This document shows positions 14,549 to 27,201 of a stretch of DNA of 64,000 bases, in pieces (position 1 is the first letter of the stretch; every line of letters starts with the position of its first letter). The notes under the pieces are model-generated. The model searched no databases, was not told the DNA's origin, and saw only the letters and a list, made by a program, of their open reading frames with translations. The position numbers and the translations under genes were made by a program. The stretch is from NCBI RefSeq assembly GCF_902652985.1, contig NC_047025.1:36332001-36396000 (forward strand). Reading direction: 5' to 3'. The DNA comes from Pecten maximus (Eukaryota).

Positions 14549-16968
14549 ATGGCGACGTTCTCAAGAACAGGAGCTGAACAAGAAATACGACAACGTTTAA
14601 TTCCAGAAAACGAGCCGGAATATGACTCAAGTTTGCCGTATGGTGGAAAGGTGTACCTTGCTCGAAAAAAGAAGTCGGATCCATGGCACATTCGTGTTGC
14701 GGAGGTCTGTGGGTTTATTGGGACATTTTTACGCTATACTTCCGCGGGAAGGGGTTGGTTGGTGTTATCTAGCATTATTTACCTGAAAGAATTTACCTGT
14801 AATTTAAGTGATTACAGCAATAACTGTTGAATTCCGATGTTCATAATCGGCATTTCAAAAATATGAATTAGTCGGCCCATATAAGGCCGATAATCAGAAA
14901 TCTTAGAATTATTTAACTAGGCCCAAGTGTATATGAATGACGTTTAAACAAAAACCGCTCATGAACACTCCCGTCATTTTTCAGGTTGCGCGACAATATG
15001 GGAGAAACGGTACACTTGTATATAACATACACCGATTGTTTACCATGTAATTATAATCTAATTAATCGCCTTTCAAATTGAGAAACGTATTTATAGACTA
15101 GTTATCAACGGCAGAAACATATATATAGCACATGTAATACATGTTTCTGTCAACAGCTATAATATATATTTGATTACAAGCATTGACAATAAAAACTTTT
15201 CAGATCTTGCATCGACACTCAGAATAAAAAAATACTAATGGAACCGGCAATGTCCTTGACCTTTGGGAACTATGATTTCTCGTTCAACTCTGTTTATTCC
15301 AGGGTGTTGACCTGATGACCGTGATGATTCCAGGGTGTTGACCTGATGACCGAGATGTTTTTGTTTGATTCTTACAGACATTACCATGTTTTGTCAAAAC
15401 CATATATACATTCATTTGTACTATATTTGGGTCAGGTCATAGCAGGTTTTTAAGCAAAGTTCTGCGACCCTTGATCTTAACTTGAGGTCTCATGTGTGAA
15501 ACTCTACTTCCTCAGACAGTTTAATTCTAACCTAATCTCAAGATAAACCTGGTAAGTTTAGATGCAATGACAAACAAGTATCCACATCATTGGTGTCCAA
15601 ATTCAAGGTCTTATAATCATGTTCATTTTTGTTGCTGTAGTTTAAGCTTTTATATATCAAAAACTGCTTTATTGACGTTTTTATTGAAATGTCAATAAAT
15701 GTATTTATAATTTCTTTACAGGCTTTGATCATTATATCAACACTGTCATTTGCCATTTATGCATATTACTACTTTGACCACCTCCATTTCCATGTGACAT
15801 ATGCATATGGTTACCTTGGTTACCCACAGGCCCAGCACCAGGTTGGGCAGCGGTATCTACATGGTAAGTTAATGATGCTCACTCATGAAATTTGAGATAG
15901 ATTATCTCCCTTTTATAAATCCTAAGTGAATGGGGGTCAAATACATCCATGGATGAGTCCTACTTATCATATTATATGAAAATAGGGTTTTCTTTATGAT
16001 GGAATTCTTTTGAACAGGAGGTAAATACTTCCATTTGTATCTGATTCTATTGGTTTTCTCAGGTGTGGGTGCATTTTTTTTTTTTTTAGGAATTGATTTT
16101 TTATTAATGTGTTGATTAGGATTTTGATTTGATTTTTCAGGGAAAGGTGTAGAGAAACATCAACAGAAAGCAATGGAATGGTTTAGGTAGGCTTCTGTAA
16201 GAGGTTAAAATTCACTTCCAAACATCATTATTTTAAGTCATTTTTTCACTAGAAATAAACAAGTATTTATAAATTTTCAAGAGATAAAAAATATTGATAT
16301 GATTTCAGAACCTTTTTTTGCTATGGTACACACAATCCAATATGTGATAAAGTTAGGACCATTTATTAGCATTTCAAATTCAAAATAAATTAAAATACTG
16401 AATAATTCTTAAAATTTCAGGAAAGCAGCAGACCAGGGACATCCTCATGCATCTTACAATCTTGCTGTGGGACATCTTAAGGGATTCAAAACCAATCTGA
16501 AACCGGGGTGAGAACTTCCAACATCACCTTGCTGTTGTTTGCCTAGAAAGCCTTATGGCATTATGCAGAGAAATTGTTTGAATATTCAGATTAATTTCAA
16601 CATTAAGTCACTATTAAGAGCTATTAAGATTTTCATGCAAAGATTATAAAGTTCCATAACCTTTATTTTCTATTTGACTTAATCTCTTGCCTCGCCTCAA
16701 GTGGTTTTTGTGTGAATATATGATCGAATATAAAACCTCAGATATCAAAACATTGTGATATTGGATACCATTATGCATGGATAATCCATACAAAATTACA
16801 TCAGAACAAACTTTTACTTTGTCAGATATACAATGTTTACATATTTTAACTTAGAATTTTTAAAATTCTAGGGAGGCCCATCAGCTGATATCCCATGCTG
16901 CATCCAAAGGTGTGAAGGAGGCCCACCAAGTTCTGCACGAAGTCTGTAGCCGTGGGGGCTGCCAGTAG
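14549..16968 (+). CDS. small single-pass membrane protein with Sel1-like repeats, 175 aa, 5 exons
   Basis: Exons 14549-14704, 15722-15863, 16141-16186, 16421-16507, 16872-16968 (528 nt in frame). Hydrophobic ALIIISTLSFAIYAYYYF followed by Sel1 motifs GYPQAQHQVGQRYLHGKGVEKHQQKAMEWFRKAADQGHPHASYNLAVGHLKG. Confidence 0.88.
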
Positions 16969-19475
16969 TCCACCAGTTGTCAGAGTTTGCCAGTAGTCCA
17001 GTAAGAGTTATCTGGGCTACCAATAGTCCATCAGGACTTGTTTCTTTGACAACGAGATCAGTTCAATAACGGGCACCTGTATTTTATGGATGAAGATTAT
17101 TTAAATAATTTATGATCAGTTTACATTATAATGCTGAAGCAATGGATGGAGTATGATAAACTTAAAGTGACTGGTCCACTGACAATGACATACAACTATT
17201 ATTTTTGATAGAGTAAACAGACCTTGCTAAAAATTGTACCATTTGCCTGGAGCTATTAGTAGCTTTTTATCATGGATTTTTGACATTTTTCTAGGTATCT
17301 TCTATAATGTTCAAAGTAATTAATATAAGATTATGACATAGAAAAGTTGAATATGCATTAATGAATATGCATTAATGAAATTATCAATAAATTTTTGTAA
17401 TGTGCAATTTTGTTTTTAATTCAAGTTAAACCTTCCTTTTTAATACAAAAACCATGGTCAAGTGATTTTCATATAATTTATAAAAACAATAAATTTATTG
17501 AAATTAGTAAAATTCTGTATATCAAACATAGCATTACTGTTTTTATAATGGTTTTAAACCACTTTGTATCTATGCATACTACTCTGACGAAGGATAACTC
17601 AAGTTATTCCTAAAATGAATCCGTCCCTACATATATGACACAGTATTGTTCTATAGCTGCTGTAGATTTAATGGTTGTTGAAATGCAGATACTTTGTTGA
17701 AAATGTTTTTTTTTTTTTTATTTACACATATTTATAATAATACACATTCCATTTTGTTAAATGATAATCTGTAGAAGTATATTTTGTTTAAATATAATTT
17801 TGTTAAAAATTGCATTAATCTTCTTCCCCTTGATGAATATTTAACCCAATGCATTTCTTTCCACCGAATATGTACGGTTCCTTTGCAATTTGAAATCTGC
17901 TGAATATTTTATGAATGTGATAAATACCTGGTACTTTGTGAATTTTGTATCTAATTGATATTGCATTTATTTGTTTTTTTTCCCCTGGTTTAATTGTTGT
18001 CATAAAATTGATTAAATCTTCAGATTTGAAAGTTGATCTGTCCTTGGAGTTTTATTTTTTATTAATGAATTTGAGCGATTAATATATGGACCTAAATTGA
18101 TAATATTCTATATATGGATGATAATATACAAAAACATTTACATATAAAAACGCATTGGTCCAAACAATGATCATGTCATCGTTGGATGTTGTGATGCATG
18201 TACATGTGGAGACTGGTAATTTGTGATACTTTGTGCCTATCATCATCAGATTTTTTTGTTCGTAATGCTTTTTGATCATGGCCCGTTCTCATTCATTCAA
18301 ACATGCTTTGGTTAGAGCACAAATCATTGAATACATGATGTTATAAGCAGAGGATGATCTCAACTTGTGCCAAGGGGAGATAATCACTAAATTCTTTCTT
18401 TAACCATTAGCGGTCTAGTCAACAGTTTAGCCTATTTGCAAAATGGAATCCGTTAAAGAGTTCACAATTTGCACAGACAAGTGTGTCTTCTCAGTTCAAT
18501 CTACATTATCTAATTAACAATAACAAAAAAAAAACAAAATCCTTCACAGTATATATTCAATTTATTCTGAATTCTTAGTGAAAATGGGAAATGCTTGCAA
18601 TATGCAAAATTACATCGCTATATAATTACATAGGTACAGGGGAAATACCTTCATGCACAAGCTAATAAATAATGTAAAGTCAAAAACCTACAGAATATTT
18701 ACATTTGATTCAACATCAATTGACATCAGAAATGACAATATTATTTGTAAGCTACAGATCGGAGAGAATTGTATAAGACAGATCACTGTTACAAAAGTAA
18801 GCAGATCTAGATCCAAATGTATTTTATCCTAAGAGGCAACTTCTTTGACAAATACCACTGGTGCCTGAATGATTGTGAACAATTTCATAATGCTGTAATA
18901 AAAAATCCTTGAATGAAACTATCACGATACATGTAAAATAATGGTCTTACTAAGAGATTTTTTGGGAGAAAGGTGTCAATTCAAGCACCTGTGAATACAC
19001 AATACAGATATCACAGTTTGTTTACTTCTTCACTAAAGGAATGTTCAAATCTATTCAACTTGATGCAGGAACTTCATACACAGAAGAAATGGAGATTACT
19101 GCCAATGCTGTAACTGGCCGTCGAGGCCTTACAATAAGTAAGCTGTCAAAAGTTTCATTGGTCCCTTTTCTTCCTAAAACTTTCAAAAAGCAGGCTGACA
19201 AGTAGAGGGTCAACTTGATTTAAAATATTAAGAAACTGAAATTCAATATCTGTTTTGACTTAACATAGAGTGTTTAAGGCATGAAAGTAACATGAGTTTT
19301 GAACATATCTGGAAATCCAACAAAAAAATAAAAATTTTCCATTTCTGGCTGGACTTAATTCATTATGAAATAAAAATGACAGCACAACTGGTGAATTAAT
19401 AATATAATATCCGGATGCTTTGGCGGCTCGTGCGACAAAGTTAAGTCTGACATAGTCCAGGGTCCTTGGGTGTAT

Positions 19476-22400
19476 TCACGTCTCCTGAGGGTTCTGTATA
19501 GCTATTAATAGGTAGTCTTTTTCTACAATAAACAAGATTAGTCAAGTATTACTGGGTATATGTAGCAATTAATGACAATTGTTTAACAAGTTATATACAA
19601 ATATTGCTAATGGTGATTATTTTCACAAATAATCATATATGTTGAAAACATAATTTTTGAACCTATTTATCATAGTAAAAGAAAAACCAGTTTGTAACCA
19701 AAAATTTTGCCAACATTTGAAAATTGAATGGCATTTAGTTACAAAACATGTACAAAGTATAATATTTCAGTGTCATACAAAATAAATTATTCAGATTTAA
19801 AAAAAAAAAAAAAATTCACAGCTTGTAGAACATGTGATGTGTAATAATCAAAGAGATGATGACTGAATAAGAAATTATAACGCCTTCACAACATTTCCTT
19901 GAAACATTTTTTTTATTGTCAACTAAAATTGGGTAAACAAGCAACAAATGAATGAAATCCATATATGACACAAAAGCTCATAAATGTTTGTCATATTGAT
20001 ATAACCACTGTCCTCACTGTTCCTGGATACCAATACCTCTTTATTGATTTCACTATGATAAGTTGTCTATATATGGCTGGTTTGTCACAAAATCAAAGAA
20101 AAAAAAAATAGAAAAATTTCCTGGTAAATTGCAAGTGTTCTTTTTGATACGTGTCTAGATGATGAATCTGTATTCCTCTGTAGCTTTAAATTTGTTTATA
20201 ATGCTAAAGCTCCCTGTTCCCCCTGCACCACCACAAATAAGTAGTCGTTTTCTGTAAAAAGATAAAAAAAAAAAAAAAAAACCAATTGTGAATTTTTAAT
20301 TAAGTAAATGTTTATTGACGTTTTTACAATTAAACAATCATGCAATGATTTAAAAGTTCAAATTCCAATTGTTGACAAAATATTTATTTTTACAGATGTC
20401 AGTCTCAATCTAGAAGAAGACATATGAGCATTTTTTTGAAATATTGAATTAAACAAAAGGCAATAAATCTTCCAATCGATATTAAACAAAATTGTTGCCA
20501 ACAAAAACACAACTTCATATGATTACAAAGCCTGCCAAGTCTCAAACAATTCAGTTGAAAACAGAGAGGTCAGTTGAAAAAGAAGATATTTGCTAACCTG
20601 ACAATGCCATACCATAATATTTCCACTTAATTTTTACAGGTGTTTAAAAATAGTATTTGGTTAAGTAATGTTCAATCCATTGACTCATATTTAAGGAGTT
20701 AGTCATATGAAAGTTTATGCCCCAAGTCGGTGAGCATGCCAACAGACTTGTCTAGCTCTTGGGGCCAGGATAACAAAAATAATTTACAATTAGAATGTTA
20801 AATGTAATTCAAATTTAATTGCAAGATGAAGAAAAGAACAAACTGGGATGAAAAAAAAAAGACCAAGCAAAGCTTTCACACAGAGGTTAAAGTTTCAACA
20901 CCAAGGCATTGCACTAAAAATAATTACATGAAGAAAACAAATACTGTTATTTTCACAATAAAAGATTATTGGACTCAAAAAGGATTTCATAAATCATTCT
21001 GTAAATTGACAAAATGAGATATGTGTAGATTATAAAAATTCATTGAGAGACTCTTATCATATGTACCGTAAGTATAAAGGGATACTTTAAGAATAACGGT
21101 CCCGTAATTTAAGTTCCTTATTTCTATATCTTCCATTTACATACAGAATAATCAAAAATTGTTGTCCTGTAGTAAAAAATAAGAAAAAGAAAAAATGAAC
21201 CTTTTTGTTACATTTGATGATGTAATGAAACATTTGATTGTTTTATTATGATGCTGACTACTGTCTTTTAGGGTAGCAACTCTATCACAGGATGTTCAAT
21301 ACTGGTAGTAAATTACATTGTATAAACAACCATGTAAGTAATCACCATCAAATGTTATTTGTGTTAACGAGCATTACTGGGATATAACTAACTGAATATT
21401 GGTATGATATTTGTATCAAGTTGGAACCACTGTTATATATAAGCATGGACCAAGTCAAAACATTTTGCCCCAAATCAACAAAGATTTTAAACTTAATCTT
21501 AAAAAAGAAAATGTGTTTCAAATGCCATGGTCTGATAGGTATAACAAATTGAATTGTTTCTGATTTTTTATTTTGTACAGTTCTATAAGTTTTTGATATG
21601 ACAAAAAAACATTGACATTTTCTACATTACATGTACCAGGTTCAATATATATATGATGTGATGTTGAAAAGGCAAAGATACCTTTGAAAACAGGAAGAGA
21701 AATTTCATTGCAGATCATATCTTCTCCACTGGAACACTGACTTGAATCTTAATGCATGCATCAACCTCAGGACTTCGGCAGTCTTCATCTTAGCTTTTAA
21801 ATTTCCCATCGTTAATGTTGTCATCACAGAAATCAGTCTGTCACCAAAGTGTTACCAATAGGCTTCACATGATAAAATTTTGATCTCGCAGCAGCAAGTG
21901 CGGATCAAATGAGTTCTCCACCAGCAACGAAACACCGAAGATTGATATAGCAAAAACTGATTTAAATAGTTTTCCCTTCCAAGATTTTATATTTTGGTAG
22001 CTCTATAAAGGATTGATACTGTAAGATAACTTTAAGATACCTATAACTCTACATATAAGCAGAGATGAACATATATATCCCTAATATAAGTTAAGAGGTT
22101 TATTGATATTATAAAATTCCGAATATTAGTTTCAATTACTGAAATTAGAAATGAAATGAAAGTTTGACTACTACAATAAGTCACATACATTAAAGTGAAG
22201 TATAAAACAAAAGGACAATATATGAGTGTCACTATCCATTCATCATCGAAATCATTTCTATGCTGATGTTTCGTGGAGACCAAATTGCAAATACATATAC
22301 ATGTATTCATGCTTCAATTTGAATATTAACGTGAACCAAGATTTATGGGAGGTAACATTTCAAAAAGGGATGCAAAGTTCACATATATTCCATAAGTGAT

Positions 22401-25400
22401 TGAAGACACAAGTGCTATCTTAAATTACTGACAAAATCTGTTATCCTTATTAATGAACATGCAGATGCTCTTGCAGTTATTGAAAGCAATTAGCCACGGG
22501 AAAATTACAGGCTAATTGTACTGAATGATGTACCAAGCAATCACATTTTGAGAAGGTTCAGTGTTTATTATGACCACACTAAGTACTGTACTTGATATGC
22601 TTCACTTTGGAGAAGGATTCGATACATAGATCTTCAAAACATTTCTCAAGATGCTACCAAGATATATGGTTTATGAAAGGAAGCAGTGCTTTCACACTCA
22701 ATACATAGGGAATACACACTATTACACAGAAACTCGTCCCAATACTTTATATTAATACAAGCAAAGTACTTGGAAGTTTACACGACAACACAGATATTCT
22801 GATATGGTTGAAGGCAATTTGAATATTAGATCGATTACTGGTACTTTCAAAATTGTGAAAACGTTTTGTTCAAGATATACATTTCATTCAAACAAAACAG
22901 TTTTAAATTACATTGTATACTTGTAAATAGCAATAAAGAAATTAAGATCACCAGTGTACCCATTATTTCATTTAAAAACAATTATAGATTCTCATTTTCA
23001 ATTTTCTCCAGACCACATAAATGGTATAAATGTGATTTCTACAGCTTAAAATGACAATTGTTCACTGATTTGTATTGGCATTGTCTTAGAGAAATGGTAC
23101 CAATGTATGTAACATGGTCACATTTACATATTAACAATGCTGTAATATTTTGAAGTTTATTTCGCTTGTAGCTGATTACGACAATCTTTTTTAAGTAGCA
23201 CCACCTGAATCAAGGATTAGTCGGTAAAGATAGAACTAAATCAACAGATTCTGTTTTATACCAAGGTCTGCATTATTGGTATATCATTTTATTTAAAGAA
23301 GAAATATTATGACTATTCTACAACAGCATTATTTCTAATAGATAGATGCTACAATGAATTCCATGTATGAAAATTAAGCTGGGTTAAAAATTAAAATTGA
23401 CTAACTACCTGATAGACTTTGCCATAATAAGACACACACTGACTTCTGTAATTTAATTCTTACAATTTCTATATAAAAGTTAACAATTACAGAGCATTAC
23501 TAAACATTGAAATGAATATCAAGTATTATATTACAACATGTTACACAATGATTTGAATTTTACCATCAGCTGTTTATTTATGCATAGTGGTATGCAGCAC
23601 CATATGTTACAACATAGACTTACTGATAACACTTGTGTAGCTGTGACCAATACAATAGTATATATCTAATAGTCAGTGTAAGCCTTTGAGTAGGCATGCA
23701 AATCAATAGTTATCATCATCATTCATATATATTTACCTGGTGCAACCATAATTTCATGTTTCCTCGATCGGACACGCAGAAATGTAAGGTCATTTTGGGG
23801 GTCAATATCTCGAACCACACTGCGTGCCTTCTGCGTTAGATTGGTCAGTAAACTAGCAAATTGCACTGTTGTGGAATTATCAAGTGTTGTTCTAATTGGC
23901 ATTCCTGCAAAACAGAACATCAATGTATCAGAAAATAAGTCATGCAATGGAATAATAAAATAAACCAAAGCACCTCTTTGAATTTATATACATGTACATG
24001 TTATTGTATCTGGTACTTCATTATAGTATCACATATTCTTGTAATACAAATTACATTTAAAAAAAGAATTATTGGTAGTATCATGTATATAAATATTGAA
24101 TCAATGATGCATTGCAGAACAAATATCCGATTTCAGAAAATCACTAATTATCAAAATCCACCTAGATGTCATTTTACCACAAAAATCACTCTTTTTGAAG
24201 AGTGAAAAGAAAATGTATCTGCTTTACTACTCATTCAAATTTGAATATGCATTCTAATTTGTGAATCAATTTGGAAAGAAAAAAACAGATTTTATATCTA
24301 ATTCTCAAGATCTAATTAAGGTTTTAACCCAAATTTAAGATACAGCAATACCAAATGAAAGGCATCTGTAATCTCAACTTGGGTTGAGATGTCCATACTA
24401 CGATGCAGCTATATTCAAGACTTGTTTGTAATACATAACTGATACTTTCCGAGAAATTGAGTAAAAGACAAAACTGTGAAGTTTCCAGATTCCCAGCCTC
24501 ACCACTCACCCGGTAAATTATTTCAGTCTTATGAGTCATTTTAAGAACACAAACATATATAATAACATTAACACGATATTGCCTTGAGATAAATTGTCAC
24601 ATTATAAATGGAAGCAATAAATTTAATATTAATGAATATATCAATCTATCACCAAAACCTGGTATTCTGTAGTTAACACACCATTTGACATCTTTACATA
24701 TCATCATGACATCAAAATCTAGACAATAGATATACATTTTTGTAATCCATTGACATTGTGACAGGGACAACACTTAATTATGATCAAAAAGGATATCAAT
24801 TGATGTTTCTGTTTAATATTCATGAAACATGTTTCATTTTAGCTGTAGCTTGGTTAAATTCAGACCTATAGACTAGCTAGATACAGAAAAGAACTATAGA
24901 AGTTATAATATTGCTTATAAGTAATGATTTAGATTTCTTACCATCAGTATTTACAACAATGATGCCGATCACACCTTTGTGTGCCTGGATCCTCTTCAGA
25001 GTTTCTTCTACTTCAGTCGCCTACCCAAACAAACAAGAAACATATGTGAATTTGGAAAGAAAGTATTATACACACAAATAAGGTAGCCTGTTATAATACA
25101 GTACAACATGGATTTTTTGAGGGGGGGGGGGGGCTACTGTAGGGAATGGTATCTAAAAAAAGTACCATTTGTTGATACACTAACAGTAAATATTACTTCA
25201 GTATGACGAAATATAAAGCTGAAGTTTGAAATACACAAACACAGAAAAGATTACACGTGAATATAATTTACCATAATTACACGTTCATTTCAGCATGGTC
25301 TGTTCTGTTGACAGTGATGAAAAATGTCAACACGACCAAACATGAACGAACTGTCTAGACAGGCTTACTGTGCGCAAATACTATGTTTATTTGGTGAATC

Positions 25401-25491
25401 AATTTCTATTTATTATCATTGTTTACGAACTGAATCAAGTTACATATACCAAAAAAAATCAGTAAATGTAAAAGAATAAATACTTTACCAT
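19476..25491 (-). CDS. DYNLRB: dynein light chain roadblock-type, 98 aa with the distal last exon
   Basis: Exons 25491-25489 (ATG), 25020-24942, 23904-23737, 19522-19476: [40 protein letters not shown]...[40 protein letters not shown]. Confidence 0.95.
20196..20251 (-). CDS. DYNLRB: alternative (duplicated) terminal exon of DYNLRB encoding [18 protein letters not shown]
   Basis: Long poly-T tract plus TACAG acceptor, same phase 1, homologous to [10 protein letters not shown] of the other last exon. Confidence 0.75.
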
Positions 25492-25524
25492 TCTTAGAAA
25501 GACTGTTGTCGACTGCTATCCGCA

Positions 25525-25600
25525 CTCTGTTGCCAATGACAGTTCCCGAGTGGATTCCGCATGCGTGACGAACGATTAGTAATATCCGGTTTGAACTAAA
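25525..25600. promoter_or_regulatory. DYNLRB proximal promoter/5'UTR motifs (NRF1-like, RFX half-site)
   Basis: CCGCATGCGTGACG at about 25557-25570 and GTTGCCAATGAC at about 25528-25539, just upstream of the ATG exon. Confidence 0.35.
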
Positions 25601-26854
25601 TTTAAAAACGGCAGACGCCGGAACACCCTCGCCAAGACGATGTTTTGCTTATTTAACTTATATGTATATTATATCTAAAAACTAAGCAACATCTAAGCAT
25701 AGTAAAATAATTTGTTCTTAAACTGCTGCCATTTAAAGTACATTATAATCCTTAGTTATGTACAGTACTGCCCCGGAACTTACATACTTATAATCAATTA
25801 ATTAAATAAATTTATAGTTAATTGATTAATTGATATTAGGATAATCTCACTCATATCTCCCATCATTGTACCGATATATCCGCTCTATCAGGTTTTTTAA
25901 ACTAGAAAATGACAAAATAAAAAGAAGAAAGAAAGACCACACAAAAGGAACAAAGACAGAGTATAATAAACGGCATGTCAAAATGTCCTTAACTCATTGA
26001 CGTTATTACAGCAATGCTTACATATAAAAAAAACACCTCAATTAACTCAAGTAAGAAACGTTAGCGAAATGGCGCCAGGTCACGAGCATTTATAGTTTCA
26101 AATCGAATAATAATAATGAAATACTTAATACCTAATATAGATCCTTTTAGAATAATATACATGTAATACGAGGACCTACTGGGTGTAAGGTATTTTATTA
26201 TGTCAAATGCTTCATCTTCATATCGTCACCGAACTTTACCCCACACCCCCACCCCCAATCCCACGAGTTCTCCGAATGATTATCGACAAATAACTAAAAA
26301 AAAAGAATGAATAAATTTCAACATGAAATTTTATTTAAAGGTGAAGTCATTAAGCAATGCACATAGTGCGCACCTCGTACAACTAAAGCATTTTCTGGGC
26401 TACAGCATCCTGTTGTCACTTCCAGTCGTCATTCAGACCAAACTTAGAAAGGACTCCTCATAGAACAAAGACAACACATGCTTCGGACAGCAGCTAGCAT
26501 TATAGCTGCTACAGAACGTACGTTACTTATTTTTCATGAGGAGTTGGACATACTGTCACAGGGCAGGCGCGTAGCTGCCTGTACGCAGGTAAGCAGGTGA
26601 AATATGAAGTCAAATGCACCTTGTATACATAGTAGTGACACTGACACATCGGGAACAGAAATGAAAATTAAAGTTTACAGGGGGGGGGGGGTTGAACTCC
26701 ACACATTACGGGCAGTATAATTGTATCTTATGTATACATTTTCTATAATTAATATCTGAATGTACTGACTGTGAGTTTGGACATTTGTGTCAAGTTCCGG
26801 AGGACAGATGTTTTAACCCCATTAAATGCGAGCCATCAAGTGCCACTCTATATA

Positions 26855-27080
26855 TTATTATTATTATTTTTTGTTTGTTTAACGTCCTATTAACAGCCAG
26901 GGTCTTTTAAGGACGTGCCAGGTTTTCGAGGTGGAGGAAAGCCGGAGTACCCGGAGAAAAACCACCGGCCTACGGTCAGTACCTGGCAACTGCCCCACGT
27001 AGGTTTCGAACTCGCAACCCAGAGGTGAAGGGCTAGTGATAAAGTGTCGGGACACCTTAACCACTCGGCCACCGCGGCCC
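26855..27080 (-). mobile_element. second copy of the V-type tRNA SINE
   Basis: Near-identical to 2191-2415; TSD CACTCTATATA at 26844-26854 and 27081-27091. Confidence 0.9.
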
Positions 27081-27201
27081 CACTCTATATAGCTACAGAC
27101 AACTAATTTGAATCACGTGACTTACATACTCCCGTCTATTGCAGGAACAAATGGGTTACGTCATGGGCACTTCACGTCATAATTTAGTCACGTGTATATT
27201 C

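Noticed and set aside
14432-14830. 132-aa ORF as a single-exon gene
   Set aside because: Only 14549-14704 fits the spliced Sel1 gene; the remainder is 5' flank and intron
19055-23240. Further possible DYNLRB terminal exons (acceptors near 19194, 21957 and 23236)
   Set aside because: Open in phase, but the peptides show no similarity to the roadblock C-terminal strand; unsupported without RNA data
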